This document shows positions 27,053 to 38,381 of a stretch of 64,000 nucleotides of DNA, piece after piece. Source of the stretch: Azolla caroliniana (lineage: Eukaryota > Plantae > Polypodiophyta). Below the pieces are notes generated by a model. It was not told the DNA's origin. It saw only the letters and a program-made list of their open reading frames with translations, and did no database searches. The stretch covers positions 9,796,001 through 9,860,000 of the forward strand of contig JBHGNT010000008.1 in the NCBI GenBank assembly GCA_043228905.1, read 5' to 3'. Positions within the stretch are counted from its first letter, which is position 1. Each line of letters begins with the position of its first letter. The position numbers and the translations under genes were made by a program.

Positions 27053-29046
27053 ATGCACGCGACACCGACTCTTATACAAAAGAAACAAAAGGGCTATGCT
27101 CCCGGCACCACAAAATACACCAATATGCACAAACAGATACGAGTATATATATATTACAAGGGGAAAGATACAATCCAGGCTTCGAGCCGGGCTACGTTCA
27201 GAAGAAAAGAAGTTAACCCTAATAGAGCTTTGCTGCCATGGTTGCGGCACCCAACTTCCCATGAAGAAGGAGAAGAAGTTACAAGAGACCCCTCCCTTCC
27301 CTTTACAAGAGACCCCTTCCCTTCCCTTTATAACCCAAGGAGGGAGGAACGTTACAATGAGGGATCAATACTCCCCCTTATTCTATACACCGTTTTCCCA
27401 CTATACATGTGCACATGTTGCACACCACCGACTTGCCCTATTCCACCCCAGTTTCACAATATAGCCGGAAATCTTCACGACATCCACCCCCACCAAACCG
27501 CACATCCACCGGTATATGCCAAGAAAGGAAAAGGGTGAGAGATTTCGGCGACGGTGATCAACCGGGTCCTCCGCCTTACCGGCACCCGACCGTCTCACCG
27601 GCTTCTTGCCGGCCCCGATCCGTCTTGCTGGCTCCATCCAATCCACCATGTACGCCGCACACACCTTCTTCTTCGACTGACCCTCCCGAACACCATTGCC
27701 AATCCCTTCGTTCCGCGCTCGCCTCCTGTAGGCTCTTTCCGGGTGTCATCGTTGTTCTCCGAATACGCGCTCATTCTTTGACCCTAAGGTGACCCGTTTA
27801 CGCGCTCCATGTTTTTCCCTTGCTTGCCGCACTCTTTCACGGTAGAGCGTGCCGTCACCCCGACCTCCATGTTAGTGTCCTTCAGGTCATCCCGGTTGCC
27901 ATCCCATGTTATTGCCCATCGCCTTCGTCCCCTCACCGCCACCTTCCGTCTCCTTGGTCTCATGTTGCCACATCGGCTCGGATTGCCAAGGTCTCCGGAA
28001 CCAATGTGGAGGATCCCTCTCCGGCCTTCCATTTGAGATCACTTGAACCGGCAACCATCCTTCGCGCCTATACTCCCTTTCATCACCTCCATGTGCCAGC
28101 ATTCCCTCCTCGTTGTTCGGCACCGCCGTGCCAACTCTGGTTTTGCCAGCTCCCAGTCTGCTCTTCTTGCATCGCCAGTTTCCGTTTCCTGCCGCCACCT
28201 TCCTTCTCACTCGGTCTCACATTGCCATATCGGCTTGAACTGCTGGTGTCTCCAGATCGGTGTGAGGACCCCATAGGACCGTCTTCCACACTTCCTTGTT
28301 CGGCACCGCCTGTGCCGAACGTCATCCCGTACTCATGCTTGCTTCGGCCCTCGATGGCCACTCACACGTCTCTTGTTTTGCTCCGTGCTTACCCCTCACC
28401 GGCTTCCTTCCGAAACCGTAACTGATCGGTAAGGGTTCTTCCCTCGTCAACTCCGGCCTCACTTGCTCCTGGTCTGCTCTTCCTGCATCGCCGGTTCCTG
28501 TCTCCTGCCACCACCATCCTTCTCACTCGATCTCATGTTGCCACATCGGCTTGAACTACCGGTGTCTCCGGATCGGTGTGAGGATCGCCCATACGCACTT
28601 CCGCCGTAGCCGGTTCCCGTTTCCTGCCGTCACCATCCTTCACACTCGGGCTCATGTTTCCACGTCGGCTTGGACAGCCGGTGTCTCCGAATTGATGTCA
28701 GGATCCCATAGGACCTGCCTTTCTTTCTCTTTTGCCCTCGTCCCCTCGCCACCACCATCAGTCTCTTGGTCTTACGCCGGCTCCGTTGTCGACCGCCGAA
28801 GTCTCTAGATACGGTGTGAAGGGGATCCTCCTTGGGCTACTCGTCTTCCCGACCCTCTTCCTGGGTTGTCTTTCTCCACATGTCGAGAGGATGGCTCGCT
28901 CCACACCCTCTGCCGTTGTACCGATGTACCGTGTTCCGGCCTCCCCGTAGGCTTGCCTCTTCCTCCCTTCAGGATCGGTTATCCGGAAGTCCGTTCTGCC
29001 CGGTTCTTGGCCGGGTCCGTCCGTCACTTCACATTTCCGGGTTCCG
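26882..29046 (-). mobile_element. 3' LTR (26882-27482), PPT and GC-rich 3' internal region of a gypsy related to the 33873-41353 family
   Basis: LTR TGTCGCG...CACGACA followed by TCCACCCCCACCAAACCGCACATCCACCGGTATATGCC, homologous to 34690-34728. Contains a (GA)n tract and an internal duplication (~28150-28270 vs ~28470-28590). Confidence 0.65.
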
Positions 29047-29995
29047 TGACGGGAATGCGCTCCCCTAAGCTATGCTCGGCCACAACCGACACGTTGGATC
29101 AACCACAGAAAAGTAGGGATGTGGAGAGATGTATCTACACACGAAACTGTAAAGAAGAGAGTGCATTGGATGTTAATGTGGAAAACCCAAATATGGGAAA
29201 AGCCATGGCAGCCCTCAGACTGCAAAATATCACTAATATCAAGTAATACAACAGTGGGGCACAGAGGCAACGACCTCTTGCTCCCTCGCTTCGCCACCAA
29301 GCGGTTACAACAGAGACAACAACCTCTTCCTCTCTTGTCCTCTCTCTCTCTCTTTGTACACGGTTACGCCCAAAATTATCACCACAACAATAATCACACA
29401 ACCAACTCTACATCATCACTATTAAGTTTGCCCTAGGTCATATTTATACTAATATGACTTTCGAGCTATTTACAAATATAGCATGAATGGGCTCTGTTGA
29501 GCGGCAAGCTCAACCGGAGCCGGATCGGCTGAATAAGCCGGAGCCGGTAAGCGAGACGGATCGGGCGAAACGGATCGGTATGACGGTGAGCAACCGAACC
29601 GGCAAGCAGTGGAGGCCGGGTGCAATCCGTAACTGGCAGTCCAATCGGAAGCCTAGAATAGGATAGACTACTAGGTATCTATAGTCTCATAGTAAGTGTT
29701 AGATGCTCGTGTGAGCATTGAAGTACATGGTACTTCTGTCAGTCCCAAGAGGACTTGTATAAATAGTGCGACTTAGCACAGTGTGGATAGAGAGTCTTGA
29801 TATAATTTTGAAATTGCGTTCTGCTCTCCTTGTCTCTCTCTCTCTTTGTGTGTGTCTATGTTGTTCTCTGTTTTACGCTTCCGCAAACACTTACGTTTAC
29901 ATGGTATCAGAGCGCGAGGGTTGAGAACCTCTGCTGCAGACATTTACTCTTGAGAAGAAAACCCTAACAGGTCGAGAACAGACACAGTAGAAGAC

Positions 29996-32900
29996 ATGGA
30001 TAGAGGCATGGCTACGTCGCTCCCGGTGGAGAAGCTCAACAGGAGCAACTACGCATCCTGGTCTTACAAGATGCACCAGTACCTGCTTGGACACAGGTAC
30101 TGGAGTTATGTCGAAGGAGCGAATGATGCGGCGCCAGACTCGGCACACAAGGACTTCCCGATATGGGAACAGGCGGCAAGCAGGGTGATGTAGTACTTTG
30201 CGTCCAGTGTCGACGATCAGCTGCTCAGCCACATCCGTGACGCCAAGACACCGAAGGATGCTTGGGGGAACCTGAAAAAGGTTTTCGCCGCAAGCACCAC
30301 TGCCCGGAAGCTGCAACTCAGACAGGAGTTGAGCAATGTTCGACAGAAGAACATGTCCGTGGCAGACTACACGGGCCGGATAAAGGAGATATGCGACTCG
30401 CTATCCTGTATCAATGTTACCATAGAGGAAGACAAGATGGTCCAGGTATGTCTCGGAGGCCTGGCATCCAAGTTCGGAGCGTTCCGGACTGCGGTGTGTA
30501 CAAGGGAGAATACCCCCTCATTCTTCGACTTACAGTCGATGCTCCTTGTAGAGGAGAACCACGCCGGTGCATCTACCAGTGCATCCCTGGACAACCGAAT
30601 GCTGTACACGGGAACGGATCAGTTCCGTGGGCGTGGTGGAAGAGGTGGGTCGGCACGCAATGGAGGCGGCCGGCAAGAGCAGGAACGGAGGCACTATGAA
30701 CGTGCCGACAGTAGTTCCGGGACTTCCACAAGTAGGGGGAGTCAAGGCGGTGCCGGAGGCCGGCAAGACAAATCCGCTACGGAATGCTGGTACTGTGTCA
30801 AAAAAGGCCACAGGGAAAGCGTGCCGATTCGGACAAATCCGGATCCGGCAAGACCGGTAAGGATGGCTGGCAAAACTCCCACTACGCAAATGGATCAGAA
30901 GGATCCGGAACCGGAAAGACCGGTAAGGGGCCAACCTTGGTGATGAATCACAAGGCAAACTCAATGAAGAAGACCACTTCCAAAACGGAGGAAGTGTGGT
31001 ATGTTGATTCCGGCGCGTCGAACCACATGACGAGCCACAAAGAGTGGTTCTCCTTTCTGGAGAAACCGGATCAACCAGGAGTAGTCGAAACCAGAGACGA
31101 CACTCCTCACCCAATCGTGCACGTCGGAGAAGTCCCTCTACGCCACGTCGGACAGAAAGGGAAGCTGATGAACATATTACACGTTCCGACGATCACGAAG
31201 AACCTGGTGTCCGTCGGTCAGATTGTCGACAAGGGGATGCAGGTGCGGTTTACGCACCTCGGGTGCTTCATTGAGGATGAGGGTGAAGTCATTGCGCAAG
31301 GGCGCAGAGACGGGAGGATGTTTATCCTCGACACCAATGAATTTGGCACCGCTCTATTCGCGGAACGACAAAAGGTCGAGTCGGACATCGACCTGTGGCA
31401 CAAGTGGATAGGCCACGTCAACTACCGGAGGCTTCAAGACCTGCAAACGAAACAAGTCGTTTTCGGTTTGCCGAAGTTCAGCGGCCGGAGAGCCGAAATT
31501 TGTGAAGCCTGCCAACTTGGGAAGCAACACCAGCTTCCATTCCCCACCGAACGGAACTGTAGCTGTAACAAGCTCGATATCATCCATTCGGATGTGTGGG
31601 GACCGGCACAAAGTGTAAGCCTTGGCGGGAGCCGATACTTCGTCTCCTTCATCGACGACCATACTCGACATACTTGGATTTACCTCATTGAACGGAAGAG
31701 CAAAGTCTTCAACTGTTTCCGGAGCCTCCAGAAGATGGTGGAACGGGAATCGGAGAGGAAGATCAAATGCCTTCGGTCGGATGGCGGAAAGGAATATTTT
31801 TCCGGCCAATTCACTAGTTAGCTGCAGATACACACCGGAGAAAAACGGTGTGGCCGAAAGGAAGAACTGGACACTCGTTGAAGCGGCAAGGGCAATGCTG
31901 GAGGAAAAGAGCATGCCCCGATTCTACTGGGCGGAGGCGGTCCAGACGGTCGTCTACATACAAAACCGCATTGGTGACAAGGTGTCAGCTCATGAGCTGT
32001 ATTTCGGGCGCAAGCCGAACTTAAGACACCTTCGGATATTCGGCAGCATAGCGCACGTGCATGTGCCGGGTCAGAAGCGGAGAAAGTTGGATGCAAAATC
32101 GGAAAAATGCATTCTAGTAGGATATGCTCAAGAGCAAAAGGGGTATAAGTGCTATAACCCCCGGACGAAGGAAGTCCGAGTTAGCCGGGATGTCGAGTTC
32201 AATGAATCGGCATCCTGGTACTCCGTACCGACTCCGACTTCCGATCCCGACCCAATGCCGAAAGATCAGGCCAGTGAGCCTGAATCAGCCCTAGCAGAGG
32301 ATGATGGAGCCGGGACTCAAGATGAGAGTCCGGAATCGTTACGGTTAAGTGGACCGAACGAGTGACTGAGTCGGTTGGACCAGTTGGATGAAGAGACGGC
32401 AAGTGGTGGAGACTCTGTCGTGGTCTCCTCGCGCAAGGCACCGAGAAAACGGTTCACGCGCAAAGAGAAGGGGAAGAGGAAGATGCCGGAATTCGAAACC
32501 GGCAACGATGAGTTGGATCGGTGCGTATCCGACTCCGGAAAGGAGAAAGGCGGATCTTCGGCAACAAAGACCGAACTGTCCAAGAAAGGCCTCAAATTAG
32601 GTGACGGTGCGTTGCACCGATCAACCCGCCAGAAGGATCCCGTCATGCGGTACGGGTACAATGAATACATGGCGCATCATTATGCGTACATGACTAAGGT
32701 AACAGAAGTGATTGAGCCGGAGAGCTACGCAGAAGCGGCAAAGGACGCAAATTGGCGTACCGCTATGGACGAAGAAATGCCGGCACTCGATGCCAACGAA
32801 ACTTGGGACCTAGTTGATCCTCCCCGTCACTGTAAACCGATCAAATGCAAGTGGGTGTACAAGGTCAAGTACAACGTTGACGGTTCTGTTAACAGGTACA

Positions 32901-33872
32901 GAGCCCGGTTAGTGGCGAAGGGATACGCGCAGAACCACGGAATCGACTACGATGAGACCTTCGCTCCTGTGGCGAGGATGACGACGGTTCGTGTGGTACT
33001 GGCGGTTGCTGCGACAAGGGGGTGGCATCTTCACCAGATGGATGTGAAGAACGCCTTCCTTCAAGGAGAGCTTGACGAAGAAGTCTTTATGACTCAGCCC
33101 CCCGGATTTCACTCGGAGATGAACAAGTCGGCAGTATGCCGACTGAAGAAGTCGCTCTACGGCTTGAAGCAAGCCCCCCGAGCTTGGAACGCGAAGATCA
33201 CGCACCGGTTGCGTAAGCTGGCGTTTGATGTCTCTAAGTCGGACTCTTCGTTATTCATCCGGCAAGGCTCTGACGGTCCGGTATGTATACTCTTGTATGT
33301 GGATGATTTAGTCATCACCGGACCGGGTCTTCCCGAAATCAACCGCGTTAAGTCCTAGTTGTCGGATGCATTCGAAATGAAGGACCTGGGGGACCTTCAT
33401 TATTTTCTTGGGATCGAAGTGATCCGGACCCCCGATGGCATATTGCTCTCACAACGACATTACGTGTTGAATATGCTGTATAAATTCGGCATGACGGATT
33501 GCCGACCTGTCTCCACACCCCTGGACCGGGACCGGAACCAGAAGCTCCGTCCCAACTCCGGTCCGGCCTACAATGAGAAACGGTGCCAACAGGTTGTCGG
33601 AAGCCTGATCTACTTAACCATCACCCGACCCGACATCAGCTATCCGGTCGGCATGGTAAGTCAGTTCATGTAGAAGCCGACCGTGGAGCACCTTCAGTGC
33701 GCGCAACGAATATTACGGTATGTTAGCGGCACTAAGGACCGGGGTCTGCTATATTGGCGAGGTATACCCGAAGAGCTTGTCGGTTACACAAATGCTGACT
33801 GAGCCGGCGATGCATCTGATCGCTGCTCCACTTCCGGATACATGTTCTCCATAGGTAGCACGACCGTTGCGT
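29996..33872 (+). pseudogene. Copia gag-protease-integrase-RT, disrupted (RNase H continues at 41354-~41750)
   Basis: Segments 29996-30943, 30784-31821, 31622-32365, 32375-33358 (LLYVDDL) and 33359-33673; RNase H IYCDNMSS..ARNPVFHARTKHIEVHYHFVRE at 41468-41700. Confidence 0.9.
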
Positions 33873-34676
33873 TGTCGTGCCTTTCGGCTCCGGATCGTTG
33901 CGTGAGTCGGGTGGGAACCACAGAGGTCTTGGACTAGGAGAAAGAAGTTCGTGAGATAGAGATTAATTATGAGTAAATAGCAAAGAGAAAGATAAGAAAC
34001 TCGTGAATCACACGAGTATACTATATTAATTGGTACTTAGGGTGTTAAGAGAGAAGTAGATGTATAAATCGTGAATCCCACGAATAAATTTTGTATTGAT
34101 TAATACTTAATCCAAATAATCAACAACCCTTTACATATTTCTCTCCTCCTTATATAAGGAAAGAAGAGCTAAGCATGGCTTCATGCTTTTTTTTTTTTTA
34201 CAAAAAGTGTTCATGTCCACTAAATGTGCATGTGATGCTTTTTTATTTCCTAAGTATAGGGCTCATGCACGCTAGATGTGCATGAGTTATTTTTAGTGTC
34301 TCGTGTTTTTCTTTTTCATATATTAAAAAATACGCGATTTACCTTTTAATAAAGGTATGCATAAATAAAGGTCTTATACGTATTAAATCTATATTTAAAA
34401 CACTTAAGATAAGTTAATGTAATGGTAAGGTTGGGGTTTGTCAACGTGGAGGTGCAGAGTTCGAATCACGCCCTGCGCAGTAGTGAGTATTTCCTTTTTT
34501 TTTTTACATTTACGTCTCTTTATCCGGCTCTTCCTTGCCGGTATGCCGTTTTTCCTCCTTGCCGGTATGCCGTTTTCCTCCTTGCCGGTATGCCGTTTTT
34601 CCTCCTTCCGGTTCTCACCGAGCACTCCATTCTCTATCCGGAGGGACAAAAATATAATTTCCACATAGTGTGCAAC

Positions 34677-37600
34677 CTACACTACGACACTCGCCCCCTC
34701 CAAACCCGCACATCCTCCGGTATGTGCCGAAGTTCTTGATTCTTCGTATCTGTCTTCATCCGAAGCTTCCTCCGATTCTCCCCTTATGTCGACTATGAGT
34801 TGTAATCCACTTTCTTCGCTTCCCGCATCATTGTGGTCTTCGTCCGATTGCTCCTCGTTGTTGGCCTCGACTTGGATCACATAAGGTTTGTCGTCGGTCC
34901 GCTTCTTGAAAATCTTCACCCGCTTCCCGGCTATAGGCACTCGTAGTATTGTTCCATCCAACTCGGACAGTCGGTACGTCCCGTTGTCGAAGACCTTCCG
35001 AACCTCGTACGGCCCGAACCACCTTTTCGCGAATTTCCGCATCGTTGTATGTTGATGGTCCAAGCTACTATCATAGAAGATCACCCAATCTCCTTCTTCA
35101 ATCCTCCTCGGTCGTAGTCGGTGCTTTGTGTCGAACCGGCTTTTGTTCCGGAACCGTGCTTCTTGTTGTCGGCGTGACGCTTCCGCTACATCTTTCGGTC
35201 TTCCCTCCAGTTGTCGTATCCGGACCGCTAGTAGTTCTTCCCGGCTCATCTCTTCCTTCCACGGTAGTATTGTCCATGTCGCGATTGCGGTTTCCGTTGG
35301 CATTACCGGTGCTTGTCCGGTCATGAGTTCTGCCGGCATGTAACCGGTCACGGAGCTATGCGTCGTCCGATCCGCCCATAGTGCATACGGAAGCATTTGT
35401 GGCCAATCCTTCACCCTTCCGTCGCATGCCTTCGCAAGTGCTTTCACGATCGGACTATGTCCTCGTTCGATCTTCCCGTTGGCCTCCGGATTGTAGGCCG
35501 TTGTCAACGTTAACCGAACTCCATGTTTGGCGAAGAATCCCCTAGCTTTGTCCGAGTCGAGTTCTCCCCGGTCCGCAATCACTTGTCCTACGCAGCCGTA
35601 CCTACAAAACACTTCTTCCAAAAGAAATTGGCACACCGCGGCACACGTTTTCCTCCGAAGCGCCCGACCTTCAACTTGGTTTGTGAGATCTTCTCGAGCT
35701 AACACCAAGTATTTCTTTTGTCCAATCCCGGTCGGCATAGCTACAATGTCGACCATCCACTTGAAGTTGATTGTCGGTGAGAATGTCGGATGCAGCTCAT
35801 CTCGGTGTCGGACCCCGGAGTAGACTTGACATTTCTCGCAGCTTTCTGTGAACTCCGCGACATCTTTATACATGTTCTTCCACCAATATCTTTGCTTGAT
35901 TTTCACAAAAGTTGCCCATGTTCCTCGATGTCCAGCCCAATCGGATTCGTGGAACTCGGACATTATCCGGTTTCGTTGCTCTTTCGTCCCGACTACTCGA
36001 AGTGGTATCCCATCCGGTCTTTTCGGCGTCCTCCATATTAAACCGTTTTCCAAGAAGAACTTTTGGACTTGCCTCTTCATCCTTCGGATCTCGCCTCTCC
36101 TTTCTTTATCATTGGTTGAATCCTCGACCTCTTGTAGCATCTTCCCGATCATCAAGGTTTCCCCCTCGTATTCTTCTTCCCGGAATTCTCGGATCACGTT
36201 CACTCGGCATATGTGTTCTGACGTGAAGTAGTCTTCGGAAACTTCTTCATTATCTGATTCGGTTATGTCGTCTTCAAACTGCGCCCTCGATAACATGTCC
36301 GCTACCGCGTTGTCCTTCCCTGAGATGTGTCGAACCTCCGGATTAAGTGACTTGACATATGCAATCCACCTTAGCATAGCCACATCCGGTATCGTACAAC
36401 ACCGCATCATCCCGAGTATCGGAAGACAATCCGTCTCGATCACCACTTCAGCTCCGATCAAATAATCCCGATCCGATTTTATCGCCGACACGACTCCCCA
36501 CAATTCTCTTTTGACTTGTGCATATCCGCGTTGCCTTTCGTTGAGGACCTTTGCTCCAAATCGGATCGGATACCGCGAACCATTCGAGTCGGCTTGATTG
36601 ATGACCCACCCGATACCGGTTGGACTTGTATCAACCGTTACTATGATTGGCCGCTCGTAGCTTGGCTTCTTAAGTGATTCCGCCCTCCATAGTGTCTTCT
36701 TGAGCTTCCTCATGGCTTTAGTGTGTTCCGGTTTCCACTCGAATTTCTTACCTTTCCGCAACAAGTGATAGAGCGGGTCCGCTATATGTGCATAGTGCGG
36801 AATCCATATGTGATAGAATGCACACGCACCCAGAAACCTTCGGACTTCCGATGTTGACTCACATACTTCCTTTATAGCTTGAATCGCATCGATCTTTGTT
36901 GGTGACGGTCTTCGGCCATAGGGTCCACATAGATGTCCGACCACCAATATTTCTTCTTGCCCGAATGCCGATTTCTCCCCGGAAAGTGTTAGGTGCACAT
37001 CTTCTAGCTTTCGCAACACTTTCTCGCAATCATGAATATGGTCGACCACGAACTTTCGGCATCCCCGATCATCCATAGTCTCATCTTTTTCTTCCACCGC
37101 GCATCCTTTCATCGGAATGTCATCTAGAAACAGCATCGTTATCTCCGGGATGCAATCTCGAAGCACCTTGTTCATCGCGTTCATCATATGTGCAACCGAG
37201 TTTGTCGCTCCTTGTGGTAGTGTGCACATTCGAACTAGTCCTACCGGTGTCCGCATGGTAGTGATGTCTCGGCTCTCCACGGCTAGTTGGAATTGGTCAT
37301 ACCCCGAGTATAGGTCCCCGATGGAGTATATCGCACGTCCGGCAAAAGCTTCCGCGAATTCGTCCACTATCGGACCGACTCCTGAGTTCCGGATCGTGAC
37401 CTTGTTCACCGGTTGCAAGTCTTGGATGAATCGGAGTGACCCATTCTTCTTCGGAACCGTAAACCATCGATTTGAGTACGGAGCACTTGATGGCTCTAGA
37501 ATCCCCATCGCTACCTTCTCCTTGAGCAAGTCGATGACTTTCGGAATATGCGCCCGTGGCACCGGAATCGGCTTCAGGTTCCACGGTACATGATCAATCG

Positions 37601-38381
37601 TGAAAATCACCATCGGCTCCACTATCTTTGGATCAATGCATCCGATCTCCCTCGATGTGAACGCGAATGCTTTGCCATGTTGCTCCAACATCTCTCGAAA
37701 CCGTTTTTCTTCTTCTTGTAAGAGGAACCCACCTCCACCGATCCGAAGTTTCTTCCGGGTCTCATCTGTGAAGACATGTCCGATATCCACGGACTTCCGA
37801 AGTGTCGGATCTCCCGAGACTTCTTTCTTCTTTTGTTCGCTATCGGCGGGTAGTGGTCCCGCGGCCGGTTTCACCTTCTTCTCCACGGTATTGTATTTCG
37901 TACTTACCATTGCTTCTTCTTTGCGGAGCGCATCCGGCCCCATTTTCGCAACGATCTCGTACATCTCGACCGATTCCACCGGGACTACCCAGTTCCCTTG
38001 GCTTTTATCTTCCGCAAGCTCTTCAAGCCGTTGTAGTGTATTCCCATAGAACACTTCCTCGATCACTCCCACGATTTCTTCGTCTTCTTTTATTATTGAT
38101 GCCGACCGTAACTTATCCTCCACTTGTCGGTATTGTTTCTTCATTCCTCCGGTTACGGTCGTGTACGTAGATGCCCCATCCGGGCCGATTCGTACTTGTT
38201 TTGCTCCGAGAGTTTTCTTCCTGTGTGGGGTATCAGGGCTTCTCGGACTATCACTTCCCCACTCCGCAACAGTCCGCTTTAAAAATCCATTCTCACTTGG
38301 GACAAGAGTTCCCTCTTGTTCCTTTCGTGATTTGCCGGCACCGTTAGGAATTGGACGGATTTCCCTCCGTTTTGGCTCCAA
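34677..38381 (-). CDS. pol: Pol (RT-RNase H-integrase), 1234 aa ORF in the -1 frame relative to gag
   Basis: RT FLDD; RNase H VDTS..ETDC; integrase H..H..C..C, DRG, NGKIERGH, WFGPY; no chromodomain; no internal stops. Confidence 0.93.
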   Translation of the reverse strand: MEPKRREIRPIPNGAGKSRKEQEGTLVPSENGFLKRTVAEWGSDSPRSPDTPHRKKTLGAKQVRIGPDGASTYTTVTGGMKKQYRQVEDKLRSASIIKEDEEIVGVIEEVFYGNTLQRLEELAEDKSQGNWVVPVESVEMYEIVAKMGPDALRKEEAMVSTKYNTVEKKVKPAAGPLPADSEQKKKEVSGDPTLRKSVDIGHVFTDETRKKLRIGGGGFLLQEEEKRFREMLEQHGKAFAFTSREIGCIDPKIVEPMVIFTIDHVPWNLKPIPVPRAHIPKVIDLLKEKVAMGILEPSSAPYSNRWFTVPKKNGSLRFIQDLQPVNKVTIRNSGVGPIVDEFAEAFAGRAIYSIGDLYSGYDQFQLAVESRDITTMRTPVGLVRMCTLPQGATNSVAHMMNAMNKVLRDCIPEITMLFLDDIPMKGCAVEEKDETMDDRGCRKFVVDHIHDCEKVLRKLEDVHLTLSGEKSAFGQEEILVVGHLCGPYGRRPSPTKIDAIQAIKEVCESTSEVRRFLGACAFYHIWIPHYAHIADPLYHLLRKGKKFEWKPEHTKAMRKLKKTLWRAESLKKPSYERPIIVTVDTSPTGIGWVINQADSNGSRYPIRFGAKVLNERQRGYAQVKRELWGVVSAIKSDRDYLIGAEVVIETDCLPILGMMRCCTIPDVAMLRWIAYVKSLNPEVRHISGKDNAVADMLSRAQFEDDITESDNEEVSEDYFTSEHICRVNVIREFREEEYEGETLMIGKMLQEVEDSTNDKERRGEIRRMKRQVQKFFLENGLIWRTPKRPDGIPLRVVGTKEQRNRIMSEFHESDWAGHRGTWATFVKIKQRYWWKNMYKDVAEFTESCEKCQVYSGVRHRDELHPTFSPTINFKWMVDIVAMPTGIGQKKYLVLAREDLTNQVEGRALRRKTCAAVCQFLLEEVFCRYGCVGQVIADRGELDSDKARGFFAKHGVRLTLTTAYNPEANGKIERGHSPIVKALAKACDGRVKDWPQMLPYALWADRTTHSSVTGYMPAELMTGQAPVMPTETAIATWTILPWKEEMSREELLAVRIRQLEGRPKDVAEASRRQQEARFRNKSRFDTKHRLRPRRIEEGDWVIFYDSSLDHQHTTMRKFAKRWFGPYEVRKVFDNGTYRLSELDGTILRVPIAGKRVKIFKKRTDDKPYVIQVEANNEEQSDEDHNDAGSEESGLQLIVDIRGESEEASDEDRYEESRTSAHTGGCAGLEGASVVV
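38225..38288 (-). promoter_or_regulatory. Predicted -1 ribosomal frameshift signal (G GAU UUU plus H-type pseudoknot)
   Basis: Slippery heptamer at 38288-38282 directly before the gag UAA; 5-nt spacer; 11-bp stem CGGACUGUUGC/GUGAUAGUCCG; loop GUGGGG can pair with downstream CCCCAC. Confidence 0.8.

Noticed and set aside
26867-29246. Cluster of GC-rich overlapping ORFs as host genes
   Set aside because: They overlap an LTR, a (GA)n tract and retroelement 3' sequence; no recognisable domain.
34410-34480. Functional tRNA genes here and at ~41010, ~43803, ~49011 and ~56300
   Set aside because: Acceptor and anticodon stems do not pair properly; reported only as tRNA-derived A/B-box modules.
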